A stretch of 64,000 bases of DNA from Promethearchaeota archaeon (GCA_048938385.1 JBHLMG010000003.1:21090-85089); one strand, 5' to 3'. Shown: positions 40,666 to 50,700, counted from the first letter of the stretch. The notes: generated by a model not told the origin, from the sequence alone. Numbers and translations are program-made.

Positions 40666-41115
40666 TCATTGAAACGGGTGAGAAGTGTACCTTGATACAT
40701 TATCTCGAAACCAAATAGGGACTTTAGCGACATCAACCTTGTCGGAAAATGGCATATACGGTTTGATGTCCACAACAGGAGTGGCATCGTGGGCATCAAT
40801 TTGATCAATATAGATGCGGTGTGTTTCTTCGTCTATGCGTTGAATCGCGACAATAGATAAGCCAATGGGTGTGGGTCGGGCAGGCGAACGACTAGCAAAC
40901 ACCCCGGATAATTTAGCGGCTTCTTGAGGGGGATAATCTTGCAGGTTTGCCCGACTTGTAGGATTATCATGTCCGGTTATCCACCAGAGGACGATGATGT
41001 GAGAAAACTGGTCTACCTGCAATGTTGCCTCCCAATATTGCGGCTCGATTTCGATGAAAATAAGACCATCATCGCGTTTCCGGATAAACCCAACAGTACT
41101 AGCGCAGAGATTCAT
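40666..41115 (-). CDS. trmO: TrmO/TsaA-like tRNA (m6t6A37) methyltransferase
   Basis: FSHIIVLWW, GVFASRSPARPTPIGLS, DAHDATPVVDIKPY. Confidence 0.8.
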   Translation of the reverse strand: MNLCASTVGFIRKRDDGLIFIEIEPQYWEATLQVDQFSHIIVLWWITGHDNPTSRANLQDYPPQEAAKLSGVFASRSPARPTPIGLSIVAIQRIDEETHRIYIDQIDAHDATPVVDIKPYMPFSDKVDVAKVPIWFRDNVSRYTSHPFQ

Positions 41116-41237
41116 GGAGCCTACTAGCGAACTTACTTCATAACAACTTTTCCGCCATTTTGTCAAAGAATAGAGGCGATGGATGCAAGGCTGCGCTCTT
41201 GGTTCTGCAACTCTGTAAAGGTAAGACTAGTATTGAT

Positions 41238-41366
41238 TGGCACGGGAGCTTTGGCGGATTCGACACCTCGGGAGTATAATGAAAACATCGGAGAGGGAAT
41301 GGTTTTCTAGGGGGGAGAGAGGTGCCAATACTTCTCGCCGCTCCAGTGACCACAGATTAGCACTGA
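41238..41366. ncRNA. structured intergenic element, copy 2 of a dispersed hairpin family
   Basis: Stems TGG-CAC-GGGAGC/GCTCC-AGTG-ACCA, GGCG/CGCC and CACCTC/GAGGTG. Shares the 28-nt loop and CCACA..ATT..GC.CTGA tail with 9315-9467. Confidence 0.6.
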
Positions 41367-41489
41367 ATGACCCTGTTCCTATCCGTATGTAAAATTCGAA
41401 CAGGTAACATATAAACGTATATACTGCCATCGAGCGAGCTACACACTTTTAAGCGGGATATTTTACTAGTCGCCTCACCGCTTCCGAGG

Positions 41490-42773
41490 TTGATCGTGTT
41501 GGTCGATTTTGCTCTTACCAAACGCGAACAAGAACTCTTAGACGCCGCGATGGCGTTTTCTAAGAAATGGATAGTTCCTTATGCTCGTGAACTGGAGGAG
41601 GCTGATGAATTTCCTTGGGAACTAGCCCAGAAAGCTTATGATGCTGGGCTGATGAACAGTCATATCCCCAAAGAGTATGGCGGACCTGCTCATTCAATGG
41701 TAGAGGAAACGCTCATTGGCGAAGCGCTGGGCTATGGTGATGGTGGAATTGCCACCACCATTCTGGCAAACAACCTCGCCTTAACCCCGCTCTTGCTCAC
41801 AGCTACACCAGAACAAATGGAGAAATACATTAAACCCTTCGCCACAGGTAAAGAACCCCAATTTGCCGCTTTTTGTTTGACTGAACGCGAAGCTGGTTCC
41901 GATGCCGCTGCAGTAAAAACGACTGCAACGAAAGATGGCGATGAGTGGATCATAAATGGTCGCAAGTGCTTTAGTACCAATGGACATGTCGCCAAATACC
42001 ATAGTGTGTTCACTACCATTGATCCTTCCCAAGGGTACAAAGGCATGGCGGTTCACATGGTCGACTCCGATCTTCCCGGTGTCAAAATCGTCATGCTCGA
42101 AGACAAATTAGGACAACGAGCCAGCTTTCAAGCTGAAGTTGAATACAAGGATGTTCGTATCCCTGGTGACTGCCTCTTCGGTGAGGTCGGGAAGGGTTTC
42201 AAATATGCCATGCAAACCCTTGACCGGACCCGAGCGGCAATTGCGGCTCTTGGTGTGGGAATTGCTCAACGTGCTGTTGATGAAGCCGCGATCTTTGCCA
42301 ATCACCGTCGCCAGTTTGGGAAGCCTATTGGTGCCTATCAGGGAATCAGCTTCATGATTGCCGACATGGAATCGCGGGCTATGCACGCACGCTGGGCGAC
42401 ACGCTTTGCTGCCTGGCTCGTCGACAAAGGGCAGCGCAACACCAAGGAATCGAGCTGCGCCAAATTCTTCGCCACGGACGCTGCTATGCAAAATACCCTG
42501 GATTGCATCCAGATAATGGGAGGTTACGGGTACGCAAAGGAGTATCCCGCTGAACAAATGATGCGGGGTGCTAAGCTCACACAAATCTATGAAGGCACGA
42601 ATCAAATTCAACGGATGGTGGCTGGGCAGGCCATTCTCAAAGAAGCCCAGGTAACTGAGCTTGACACAGGATTCCGCCTACAGTATTCAGGCAATGATTA
42701 CCCTGATCCCTGGGGGCCTCGTGAAGGTAAGGTTCCGGATCTTTGGGGTAAAGGGAAATCCAAGAAAAAATGA
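41490..42773 (+). CDS. acyl-CoA dehydrogenase
   Basis: FCLTEREAGSD, INGRKCF, RRQFGKPI, QIMGGYGY, QIYEGTNQIQR. Confidence 0.95.
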   Translation: MIVLVDFALTKREQELLDAAMAFSKKWIVPYARELEEADEFPWELAQKAYDAGLMNSHIPKEYGGPAHSMVEETLIGEALGYGDGGIATTILANNLALTPLLLTATPEQMEKYIKPFATGKEPQFAAFCLTEREAGSDAAAVKTTATKDGDEWIINGRKCFSTNGHVAKYHSVFTTIDPSQGYKGMAVHMVDSDLPGVKIVMLEDKLGQRASFQAEVEYKDVRIPGDCLFGEVGKGFKYAMQTLDRTRAAIAALGVGIAQRAVDEAAIFANHRRQFGKPIGAYQGISFMIADMESRAMHARWATRFAAWLVDKGQRNTKESSCAKFFATDAAMQNTLDCIQIMGGYGYAKEYPAEQMMRGAKLTQIYEGTNQIQRMVAGQAILKEAQVTELDTGFRLQYSGNDYPDPWGPREGKVPDLWGKGKSKKK

Positions 42774-42920
42774 ATCACACAGTTTTTCTCGTTTTACTTT
42801 TCTTTTAGGTAACTCGAGAAAGAATGTAAAATTTCACATCCAAGCGATTCTTGAAGAAAAAGAGGAAGTTGGAGCCGACGAGAAGTCTTTTCACGGTCGA
42901 CTCCTTTTAACTAGGTCAAT

Positions 42921-43913
42921 CTACTTTATACGTCGTGGACGGCGTGCTCGCGATTCTTTATCTTCTTTTACGACTTTAGTAGCTCCAGCTAACCCAGCGA
43001 GGCCCATAATTTCTCCCCTGACAACATCGATGGGGAGGGCAAAGACAATGGTGTTACTCTGATCAAAACTGATATCCTCAAGGCTAGAGAGTGTTCGCAG
43101 GTATAACGCTTGAGTGCTCATTTTCTCGACAGCTTCTTGAAGGTTTTTAGCTGCAATGAGTTCGCCTTCACTCTTGATGATGACGGCGCGGCGTTCTCGT
43201 TCTGCCTCAGCCTGTCGGGCAATCACCCGCTTCATGTCGGCGGGAAGTTCGATGTTCTGTAGGTTGACGCTCAAAATGTCGATTCCCCAATCTTCTGTTT
43301 CCTTATCAACAATTAGTTTGATGCGGTCGGCGATCTGGTCCCGTTTAGCTAGTAAGTCGTCGAGTTCTACATTACCAATGATATCTCGCATTGTAGTTTG
43401 GGCGTATTGGATGACGCTGACCTTCACATTTTGAATGTTGATGAGGCTTTTCGGGGTGTTCACGACTTTCATGAAAACGACGGCGTCAACATTAAGGCTG
43501 ATATTATCATTGGTCATGACTTCCTGTTTCATAACATCCAGGGTTTGGATGCGGGTGTCTTGTCGGACGAAGCGTTCGATGATTGGCCATCTGTAGAACA
43601 TGCCTGGTCCAACGAGGCGCTTAAATTTTCCAAACCGGAGGATAATGGCTTCTTGCCATTGTTGGTTGATGGCAATGGTCGCTGGTATGAAGAGGATGAA
43701 AAGAAACGCGAAGACCCAGAAGGGTATAGGGATGAGGAAGGTAAGGATGGTGCTCCATGGCCATGGAAAGAGGGATGGGCCAAAATACCAAACAATCACT
43801 CCAAGGATTATAAAGAGCAAGGCGAGGAACAGGAATGCAAGCAGCGGAGTTGCAGCTCCCGAGTATTCATACATGCGTTTTTGTTGTTTATCGCTTAATC
43901 TGATTTCTGTCAT
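42921..43913 (-). CDS. SPFH/stomatin (slipin) family membrane protein
   Basis: N-terminal TMs, QEVMTNDNISLNVDAVV, AQTTMRDIIG, QAEAERERRA. Confidence 0.92.
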   Translation of the reverse strand: MTEIRLSDKQQKRMYEYSGAATPLLAFLFLALLFIILGVIVWYFGPSLFPWPWSTILTFLIPIPFWVFAFLFILFIPATIAINQQWQEAIILRFGKFKRLVGPGMFYRWPIIERFVRQDTRIQTLDVMKQEVMTNDNISLNVDAVVFMKVVNTPKSLINIQNVKVSVIQYAQTTMRDIIGNVELDDLLAKRDQIADRIKLIVDKETEDWGIDILSVNLQNIELPADMKRVIARQAEAERERRAVIIKSEGELIAAKNLQEAVEKMSTQALYLRTLSSLEDISFDQSNTIVFALPIDVVRGEIMGLAGLAGATKVVKEDKESRARRPRRIK

Positions 43914-44240
43914 TGTTTAAACAACCCGTTCTTCGTTGAAGGGTAAAATGCATTGGTGTCATTTTAATGAAGTAGTTCATTATCCTTTGCATTTTGATTC
44001 TCCACGAGAACACGGAAATCCCCGGGGAATGATGTGGGAGTAGTCAAAGCGGATGAATTTACGATCTTGAGAGTGTATTCGAAGAGGTCGACATTCCCAC
44101 ACAGGGTTCGATTTCCCTCAGGGTTGCCTGTTATGAACTCAGCCATTTAAAGTTAAGGATTAGAAACTCGCTGCTTCCTTGGGAGATTCCTGGTTCTGAC
44201 TACTTTGAAATGGAACGGTCTTACTAATTCGGTTGGCAGG

Positions 44241-44603
44241 TTAACTCGATTGCAGTACTCGGGCAATAAGTTGGCCCAATGGCACAGATTCATGTCCTGC
44301 TCCAATAATGACGAGTTCCCAGCTCTTCATTAATTCTCGAAATGATGCCTGACCAGTGAATAAGTTCAGGAGGGTTTCTACCGAGCTTTTGTAGATGACA
44401 TCAGGTGAGGGGTACATTCCCATATGGAGCGTCATTGTGCCTTGTTGATGGATGCGGATATGAAATGTACCTTTGTCGGTTTCCAGTTGTAAGACCTTGC
44501 CCTGGTAGGGTCCGACCCAGTTTCGGACGAACTCGCGGTATTCAACAGTTTGATTTATCCGTTGGATGAGGCTTTCAAACAATTGCATAATCGGTGTAGT
44601 CAT
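44241..44603 (-). CDS. SCP2 sterol/lipid-carrier-like protein
   Basis: PDVIYKSSVETLLNLFTGQASFRELM..ELVIIG pattern; AGGTGA RBS overlaps the upstream stop. Confidence 0.65.
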   Translation of the reverse strand: MTTPIMQLFESLIQRINQTVEYREFVRNWVGPYQGKVLQLETDKGTFHIRIHQQGTMTLHMGMYPSPDVIYKSSVETLLNLFTGQASFRELMKSWELVIIGAGHESVPLGQLIARVLQSS

Positions 44604-44615
44604 TGGTGGCTTCAC

Positions 44616-44888
44616 CTATTGTTGTTTCATCCATCGTTGCACTGCCTCTGTTACGGCTTGGTTGACATTACGAGCTGAGATGTCACCCGTTCTCTCTCGG
44701 ACAGTGTGAAGAAAGTCTTTGTACATCTCTTGGTCCATTAAAAGAACAATGCGTCCTTTCCGATTGTTGACCAAGGCTTCTGTAACATAAGGGTTTTGCC
44801 GAATGGTGAGGGTTTCGATGTCTTGGTTTCGAAGATTGGGGTACCCTGGCCATTGACCGTCTGAGGCTTTCTTAAACCGTTTCTGCAT
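44616..44888 (-). CDS. small protein, possible C-terminal ribbon-helix-helix
   Basis: GGAGG RBS; RIVLLMDQEMYKDF...VNQAVTEAVQRW. Confidence 0.65.
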   Translation of the reverse strand: MQKRFKKASDGQWPGYPNLRNQDIETLTIRQNPYVTEALVNNRKGRIVLLMDQEMYKDFLHTVRERTGDISARNVNQAVTEAVQRWMKQQ

Positions 44889-44902
44889 GAATATTTTCCT
44901 CC

Positions 44903-45154
44903 CTAATCTAAGTCGATGGATTGGTCTCCAGAGATTTTGACCAATCCGGGCTGAAAGGGCCAATCAATTACATAGCGCATTCCTTTCTTCCCTTTCCTGT
45001 CTCCTCGCCTCCAGGTTCCTGCATATATGGCGCTACCAGAGATTCGTACATATTCACTGAGAATCAGTATTGCGGCTGTTTCTGTGCTAATATTCGCTTC
45101 CTTGCTTTTCTCTTCTAATCCTTTCTGAATGTCTTTGGGTAGGTCTAATTCCAT
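44903..45154 (-). CDS. small protein, possible N-terminal ribbon-helix-helix
   Basis: GGGGTGA RBS; MELDLPKDIQKGLEEKSKEANISTETAAILILSEYV. Confidence 0.65.
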   Translation of the reverse strand: MELDLPKDIQKGLEEKSKEANISTETAAILILSEYVRISGSAIYAGTWRRGDRKGKKGMRYVIDWPFQPGLVKISGDQSIDLD

Positions 45155-45161
45155 GTGCGAA

Positions 45162-45956
45162 TCACCCCTTAGTTTTTCTTCTCTTAGGTCTGCCTTTTTT
45201 CTGGTCGCGAAACGCCAAGCGAGTATAGGGAATTCCCCACCGTTCGATGTAAAAACTTCCTTCGAGGGGCCAACGGGATGGTCCAAGCATACGGGGTTTC
45301 TCTGGAATGCCGATGCAAAAAGCGGCAATGGGGGTCCAGGTTCGGGGAATACCTAGCTTGTCGCATATAAACTCGACATGGCGTTTATCGGCGAAGGGAA
45401 CTGCTTGGTACGCACAAGCATAACCCATGGAGTGGGCGACTAGCCACATGTTCATTACTCCCATGGCTACCACTACGCTGCCACAAAGTTCGTTAGGATA
45501 CATCGCTGTGCTATCATGCCAGCTTTCGGAAGCACAACAAACAATCACGGCGTCCGCTTTTTCGGGGTATCGGAACAGGGATCCGTCCCGCATCTCCTCG
45601 TAGGTTCCAGGACGACTAGCATCTGGTAAATACCACAATCGCCCTTGCGTGGCTTCATAAGGGAAATTGCCAAAGACATATCGTGCAGCTTCTTGGCTGA
45701 TATCTGCAATGATTCGTTTCATTTCCTGGTCTTCGCGGATTACAATATATCGCCACATTTGCATATTCTCTGGAGATGGGGCATAGCGTGCCACATCCAA
45801 AATGAGTTCCAAGTCTTCATCTGGAATCCGTTCACCAGTCATATGTCGGATGCTACGGCGCATCCGAATTAATTCAACTAATTGAGTTGTGGTAATGGAT
45901 AGTCCACGAGATTTGGCTTTTCCAGGAGAAACAGCTTTCTTCTTAGCTTCAACCAT
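45162..45956 (-). CDS. nitroreductase-family flavoprotein
   Basis: RRSIR, APSPENMQMWRYIV, NMWLVAHSMG, LGIP; GGAGTGA RBS. Confidence 0.9.
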   Translation of the reverse strand: MVEAKKKAVSPGKAKSRGLSITTTQLVELIRMRRSIRHMTGERIPDEDLELILDVARYAPSPENMQMWRYIVIREDQEMKRIIADISQEAARYVFGNFPYEATQGRLWYLPDASRPGTYEEMRDGSLFRYPEKADAVIVCCASESWHDSTAMYPNELCGSVVVAMGVMNMWLVAHSMGYACAYQAVPFADKRHVEFICDKLGIPRTWTPIAAFCIGIPEKPRMLGPSRWPLEGSFYIERWGIPYTRLAFRDQKKGRPKRRKTKG

Positions 45957-46090
45957 ATGAATCACTCCTTTCTTTCTGCTACTCGCATTGTACCTAAGTG
46001 ATATTAAACGATAGCTCCGCTGGTATTCAGATTGACACTAAGTCCTTACGAAAAGGTTGAATTAGACAATCTCGAAAGCGGGACGCTAGG

Positions 46091-46789
46091 CTATAATGTG
46101 CGTATATGCATAGAGAGTTCTTCGAGCTTAGCGATTACAGTCGCCAATGTATCAGGGGGGAGATCAGAGGGGCTTGATTTTAAGAGTGCGATCAATTCTT
46201 TAAAGGAACTCGCGGCTTTGGCACGGCTACTAAGATTATTCATTGCCGTGTCTCGGGCTTGTTCAATAAGTGGTTTCAAATATTCCCGTTGAACCCGTTG
46301 TCGACTTTTTAAATCACTAACAATCTGGTCTAGCGCTTCGATCACCGTGGCTACTCGGGCATCCGGCACATCCGAGGGTCTTCGGGGTTCAGTAGTCGGT
46401 GGGGGTGTTGGCGCTGAGGTGGGTGATGGTGTGGGTGCGGTCGTTGGAGCCGCTCTAGGTGCAGGGGCTGGGGCGGGCGTGGCTACTCGAAGTTGGGGGA
46501 GGACCTGCTTTGCAATGGCTGTTTGGATTGATCTATCGATCACTTCGGCGAGCCGCGATTCAACTGGAGCGAGACCATCAGTAACGGCTTTTCCAGCTGC
46601 AGTCATGATATTACCAATAGCTTTATCGAGCTGATCAATTCGCTTTTCTAGCGCTGCAATCTGTTCGCCCTGTTTCTTTTGGACCTGGTAGACTTGTGAA
46701 ATGTACTGAACAATGCGTTTGAGCTCTTCGTCTATTCCTCCCTTTTGTGGAGCTGCAGCGGGTCGAGGGGCTTGTGGGGGCTGTGACAT
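46091..46789 (-). CDS. coiled-coil protein with Pro/Thr/Ala-rich linker and helical C-terminal domain
   Basis: Heptad region QIAALEKRIDQLDKAI and PAPAPAPRAAPTTAPTPSPT linker; AGGAG RBS before ATG 46789. Confidence 0.75.
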   Translation of the reverse strand: MSQPPQAPRPAAAPQKGGIDEELKRIVQYISQVYQVQKKQGEQIAALEKRIDQLDKAIGNIMTAAGKAVTDGLAPVESRLAEVIDRSIQTAIAKQVLPQLRVATPAPAPAPRAAPTTAPTPSPTSAPTPPPTTEPRRPSDVPDARVATVIEALDQIVSDLKSRQRVQREYLKPLIEQARDTAMNNLSSRAKAASSFKELIALLKSSPSDLPPDTLATVIAKLEELSMHIRTL

Positions 46790-46920
46790 AAAGTTCCATC
46801 TCCTGGGATTGGATTTGTAAGAGGAATGGTATACGGGGTGGAGTAGACCCTTCCAATACCTGACAGTCACATAGATTGCTGATAAATGTTTAGCTGCCCC
46901 TTTGGAAAAACCCCGCGATT

Positions 46921-47373
46921 TCATTCAGGGCGAATAACTTCCACATCGATGGGAATTCCCTGACGCACGGAGGATGTCACAATGCAATAGTTTTCAAATA
47001 TTTCTACACAACGGTCAAACCGCTTGGGATCGTCTTCGGACATCTTCAAGAACAGCTTCACATTGATGTGTTGTACTCGCCATCGTCCCTCAGCGTTTCG
47101 TCCAACTGTTGGGGAAACCTCTGCTTGCACCTTGTCGACTACGAGTTTACTCCGCTGCAGGCAAAACATAAGGCTCGCTGAGAGACAGTTTCCAATAGCG
47201 GCTGCAAGAACGCGGGTCGCATTCGGACCCTTATCATTTCCTACCGGGCTGGGTTCATCCATTAGGAACCCAGGAAATTCCTTATCGAACTTGACACGGA
47301 ATTCGAAATCTTTCGCTCGTTCCAAGGTTACAGTAAACCTGTGAGGGTCATCTTGTTTGTTCATTGCATTCAC
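46921..47373 (-). CDS. OsmC/Ohr-family protein
   Basis: DEP..GNDKGPN..LAAAIGNC ... CIVTSSV. Confidence 0.88.
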   Translation of the reverse strand: MNAMNKQDDPHRFTVTLERAKDFEFRVKFDKEFPGFLMDEPSPVGNDKGPNATRVLAAAIGNCLSASLMFCLQRSKLVVDKVQAEVSPTVGRNAEGRWRVQHINVKLFLKMSEDDPKRFDRCVEIFENYCIVTSSVRQGIPIDVEVIRPE

Positions 47374-47508
47374 AACTCTCTATTCCTTTTTATAGTTGCG
47401 TTTTTATATTTTAAGATGAAAAAAGGTAACATTTTTATATATCGTAAAGTTATTTTTTAATATATTGTATTGTTACAATTGAATTATCAAATTATGCGAG
47501 GTGATATT

Positions 47509-47766
47509 GTGGGTGACTATGATGAAGCCCTTGAACATAGCACGAGGAGAAATATCCTGAAAAAGCTACAAAAGAAGAAGGCATTCCTCGTAGAAATCTC
47601 AAGGGATCTTAATATTCCTACTTCAACTGCGGCCTATCACCTTAAACGCTTGACTCGCGTTGGTCTAATTGATGAACGTCGAGGGGTCTACCATGTTTGG
47701 TTTGATTTAAGCGAAAGGGGGAGGTCATTCTTAGAACAGGTAAACCCGTTTAAAATTAGCAATTAA
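47509..47766 (+). CDS. ArsR-like winged-HTH regulator
   Basis: TRRNILKKL...EISRDLNIPTSTAAYHLKRL..GLI; GAGGTGA RBS before GTG. Confidence 0.8.
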   Translation: MGDYDEALEHSTRRNILKKLQKKKAFLVEISRDLNIPTSTAAYHLKRLTRVGLIDERRGVYHVWFDLSERGRSFLEQVNPFKISN

Positions 47767-48217
47767 TTAGGGGGTTACATGTAGCATAAATGCCAAATGA
47801 AAAAACGAAAGGCAACTTTTCCTGATAATTTAGATGATGGAACCTTTAAGTCGCAAAGTTTTCAAATATAGAATAAGAAGATATGATTAGGGGCTTAGTG
47901 AATTCTTTGTTTCAATTCGGTGTTTATATGGGAAAATTTTGTTGAACCTTATCACAACTGACATTTTTAGCTAAACTGCCACACAAAAGTGTGTAGGTAA
48001 AGAATGACACTTTTGTATTTCAAAAGGTTATACTTTTATAATGTAAAATGTATATATCAGTAAATCAAAACTAATACAATACAAGTCTAATCTTAGGATG
48101 CTAGAAATTGATGAACACAAAGATTGTACTCAAATTCTTGGATTTAAACTTGTTTTGTATTCATCGACAAGAGTCAACTAAGTGACAACTAACTAAAAAT
48201 ATGAGGTTCATTGGGAG

Positions 48218-48886
48218 ATGCCATTTTCAAAATACACTGTTCTTGCTGAATATTTGTTAAATACTAAAGAGCAGGAAATTAAATTATCTTTCTCATTGAT
48301 TGAAAAGATCCTAGGATTTCCTCTTCCTGATTCTTCGTTCAAATTTAGATCTTGGTGGTCAAACGATTTTATGCACTCCCATGCAAGAAATGGGTGGCTA
48401 AAAGTGGGATGGCGCATAACCGATCTTGATATGACCAATCAGGTTGTTAGATTGAGTAGAGTTGCTGAAGTAGACCCTGAGATACTATTGAAGCCACCTC
48501 AAAAAGAAAAATCACGCATTCAACATGCTCGCTATTTCGAAGCAATAGCCCGAAGTCAACTTTCATCCTATTTTGGAAAACCTCTTAAACGATACCAGTT
48601 CCCCAAAATTAATCACCTTTTTGATTTTGTATCCGATGATTATCAAATCGTAGGTGAATCCCATTATTTTTCTCAGAAAGGTAAAACTGTCCAGCATTCT
48701 AAAATCAATGCAATAACTGAAAGTGTTTGGCTTCTCGAAAAACTCACAGCAACACACAAATTTCTCATCTTCGGTTCTTCCCGTGAAGTGCCTCAGTCCT
48801 GGCTAGAAAAATATGGAACCCTAAATAAGGAAATTAAATTTTATTTTCTTGATGACGAGGCAACGCATCTAGAACGATTAAATTAG
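48218..48886 (+). CDS. two-domain protein: small N-terminal domain (DUF7662-like) plus PD-(D/E)xK-like C-terminal domain
   Basis: KYxxLxEYL..LSFxxIExILGFxLP..WWSN..HA..W..GW; C-terminal HLFDFVSDD..IVGESHYF; lies in an AT-rich segment. Confidence 0.6.
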   Translation: MPFSKYTVLAEYLLNTKEQEIKLSFSLIEKILGFPLPDSSFKFRSWWSNDFMHSHARNGWLKVGWRITDLDMTNQVVRLSRVAEVDPEILLKPPQKEKSRIQHARYFEAIARSQLSSYFGKPLKRYQFPKINHLFDFVSDDYQIVGESHYFSQKGKTVQHSKINAITESVWLLEKLTATHKFLIFGSSREVPQSWLEKYGTLNKEIKFYFLDDEATHLERLN

Positions 48887-49017
48887 AAGATTGCAGGAAT
48901 AAAATGGCTGTTTTTTTCTATATCAGAATCGGTGTTTTAGGGAATGGAAAGGAGTAAGGCGTATGGAGATGCATCTGAAAATTGGGTGTGTGTTTGAAGT
49001 ACACCTCTATTCAGATG

Positions 49018-50700
49018 CTATTCTCTGTCAACGATAGATTTCTTACCTATTTTCTCTAATTGCTCTTCTTGAAGTACACGCCGTAATACTTTGCCAACCA
49101 TCGATTTAGGTAAGTCATCCCGAAACTCGACGAATTGGGGTCGTTTGTAGTAGGCGAGTTTGTCTTTGGTGTATTCGATGATTTCCTCAGCGGTGGCTTC
49201 TTCACCTTGTTTGAGAACGACCACGGCCATGACGGTTTCACCGCGTTGTTCATCAGGGATGCCAAATACCGCTGCTTCGGCGATCTTGGGGTGTTCGAAG
49301 AGGACTTCTTCGACATCGCGTGGCCACACTTTGAAGCCTGCACGATCAATCATTTGTTTGGCTCTATCGACGATGTAGAAGTATCCATCTTCATCCATCT
49401 TAGCGATATCGCCGGTTTTTAGCCATCCGTCTTCAGTGAGTTGTTTTTTGGTTTCTTCGGGTTGGTTCCAGTAACCTTTCATAACTTGGGGACCTCTAAT
49501 GACGAGTTCACCGATCTGCCCTGGTGGTAGGTCTTCACCGGTATCAAGGTCAATGATTTTCGCCAAGGTACTAGGCATTGGAATACCAACGGAGCCCTCG
49601 CGTTTCTTATCGAAGGGTAGGTCCTGTTGAATCGGATTCGCATGAGTTACTGGACTAGCCTCAGTAAGACCGTAGCCTTCAACGAGGTTTGCGCCTGCGA
49701 TTTTTTCGAAGGCTTTTGCCACCGCCATGGGGAGGGGGGCTGCGCCAGAAAGGCATGCGCTCATAGATTTCAGGTCATATTGGTCGAGGTCTTCGCGTTG
49801 AAGGAGTGAGGCGTACAGGGTGGGGACTCCGGGTAAGAACTGAACATTGTAACGAGGGATATCTCGGAGAACCTGATCCAGGTCGGGGCGTGGGTGCAAC
49901 ACTAAACGGTCAGCAAGAGTGATGGTGTTAAGCAGGCAGACGGTGAGTCCAAAGGAATGGAAGAAGGGGAGTACGGCGAGGGTTGTGTCACCAGCTCCGC
50001 GTTTGGCAAAGGGAATCCAACTATTACATTGGTACGCATTAGCCACAAGGTTGTGATGGGTTAAAATGGCTCCTTTCGGTACACCGGTAGTTCCGCCAGT
50101 ATAAAGCAGGACGGCGGGTGTGTCTTTCGGGTTAATAGTAACCTTCGGTGGCTTAGGTTCAGCAGCCTCGAGAAGATCACTCCAAAGATGGTAACCTTTG
50201 ACACCTTCTGGGGGTGTGAAACTAACTTGCATGCCAGGAAAGGCATCAGCCATCGTGGTTACGATCGAGTGCTCAACCTTTGTTTTGTCTCGGATTCTTG
50301 CGTAATTGTCGTGCATAATATCGATGAGAATATTGGCCTTAGCGCCAGAGTCATTGAGTTGAAATTCGATTTCAGGAGCTTGGTATAGTGGATTGATGAG
50401 GGTCAGAATGACACCAGCTTTGAGGGCTCCAAAAAAGGCCGTGAGAAACTGGGGCATATTGCCAAGCATAATTCCAACGACATCACCTTGCTTGACACCA
50501 AGTTTGTGCAAGGCATTTGCTAATTTATCCGCTTCTTCGTTGATCTGTTTGTATGTTTTTTCTTGTCCGAGAAAGATACAGGCCGTGTTATCAGGAAAGT
50601 CTTTCGCTGCATTTTCAAGCAGGGAAAAGAGCGGGATTTCAGGGATTTCAACATTTTCGGGAACGCCAGGTTCATAAAACTTCAGCCATGGTTTGTCCAT
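49018..50700 (-). CDS. long-chain fatty acid--CoA ligase
   Basis: YTGGTTGVPKG, EGYGLTE, GWLKTGD, LPKSMVGKVLRR; GGGAGG RBS. Confidence 0.95.
   Translation of the reverse strand: MDKPWLKFYEPGVPENVEIPEIPLFSLLENAAKDFPDNTACIFLGQEKTYKQINEEADKLANALHKLGVKQGDVVGIMLGNMPQFLTAFFGALKAGVILTLINPLYQAPEIEFQLNDSGAKANILIDIMHDNYARIRDKTKVEHSIVTTMADAFPGMQVSFTPPEGVKGYHLWSDLLEAAEPKPPKVTINPKDTPAVLLYTGGTTGVPKGAILTHHNLVANAYQCNSWIPFAKRGAGDTTLAVLPFFHSFGLTVCLLNTITLADRLVLHPRPDLDQVLRDIPRYNVQFLPGVPTLYASLLQREDLDQYDLKSMSACLSGAAPLPMAVAKAFEKIAGANLVEGYGLTEASPVTHANPIQQDLPFDKKREGSVGIPMPSTLAKIIDLDTGEDLPPGQIGELVIRGPQVMKGYWNQPEETKKQLTEDGWLKTGDIAKMDEDGYFYIVDRAKQMIDRAGFKVWPRDVEEVLFEHPKIAEAAVFGIPDEQRGETVMAVVVLKQGEEATAEEIIEYTKDKLAYYKRPQFVEFRDDLPKSMVGKVLRRVLQEEQLEKIGKKSIVDRE

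Noticed and set aside
41238-41366. H/ACA guide RNA or tRNA-fragment identity for the hairpin elements
   Set aside because: ACA follows both stems, but there is no K-turn or consistent pseudouridylation pocket. GGTGTCGAATCCGCCA on minus only loosely resembles a T-arm and no cloverleaf forms.
43964-44146. 60-aa ORF between the SCP2 and stomatin genes
   Set aside because: No RBS or recognisable motif.
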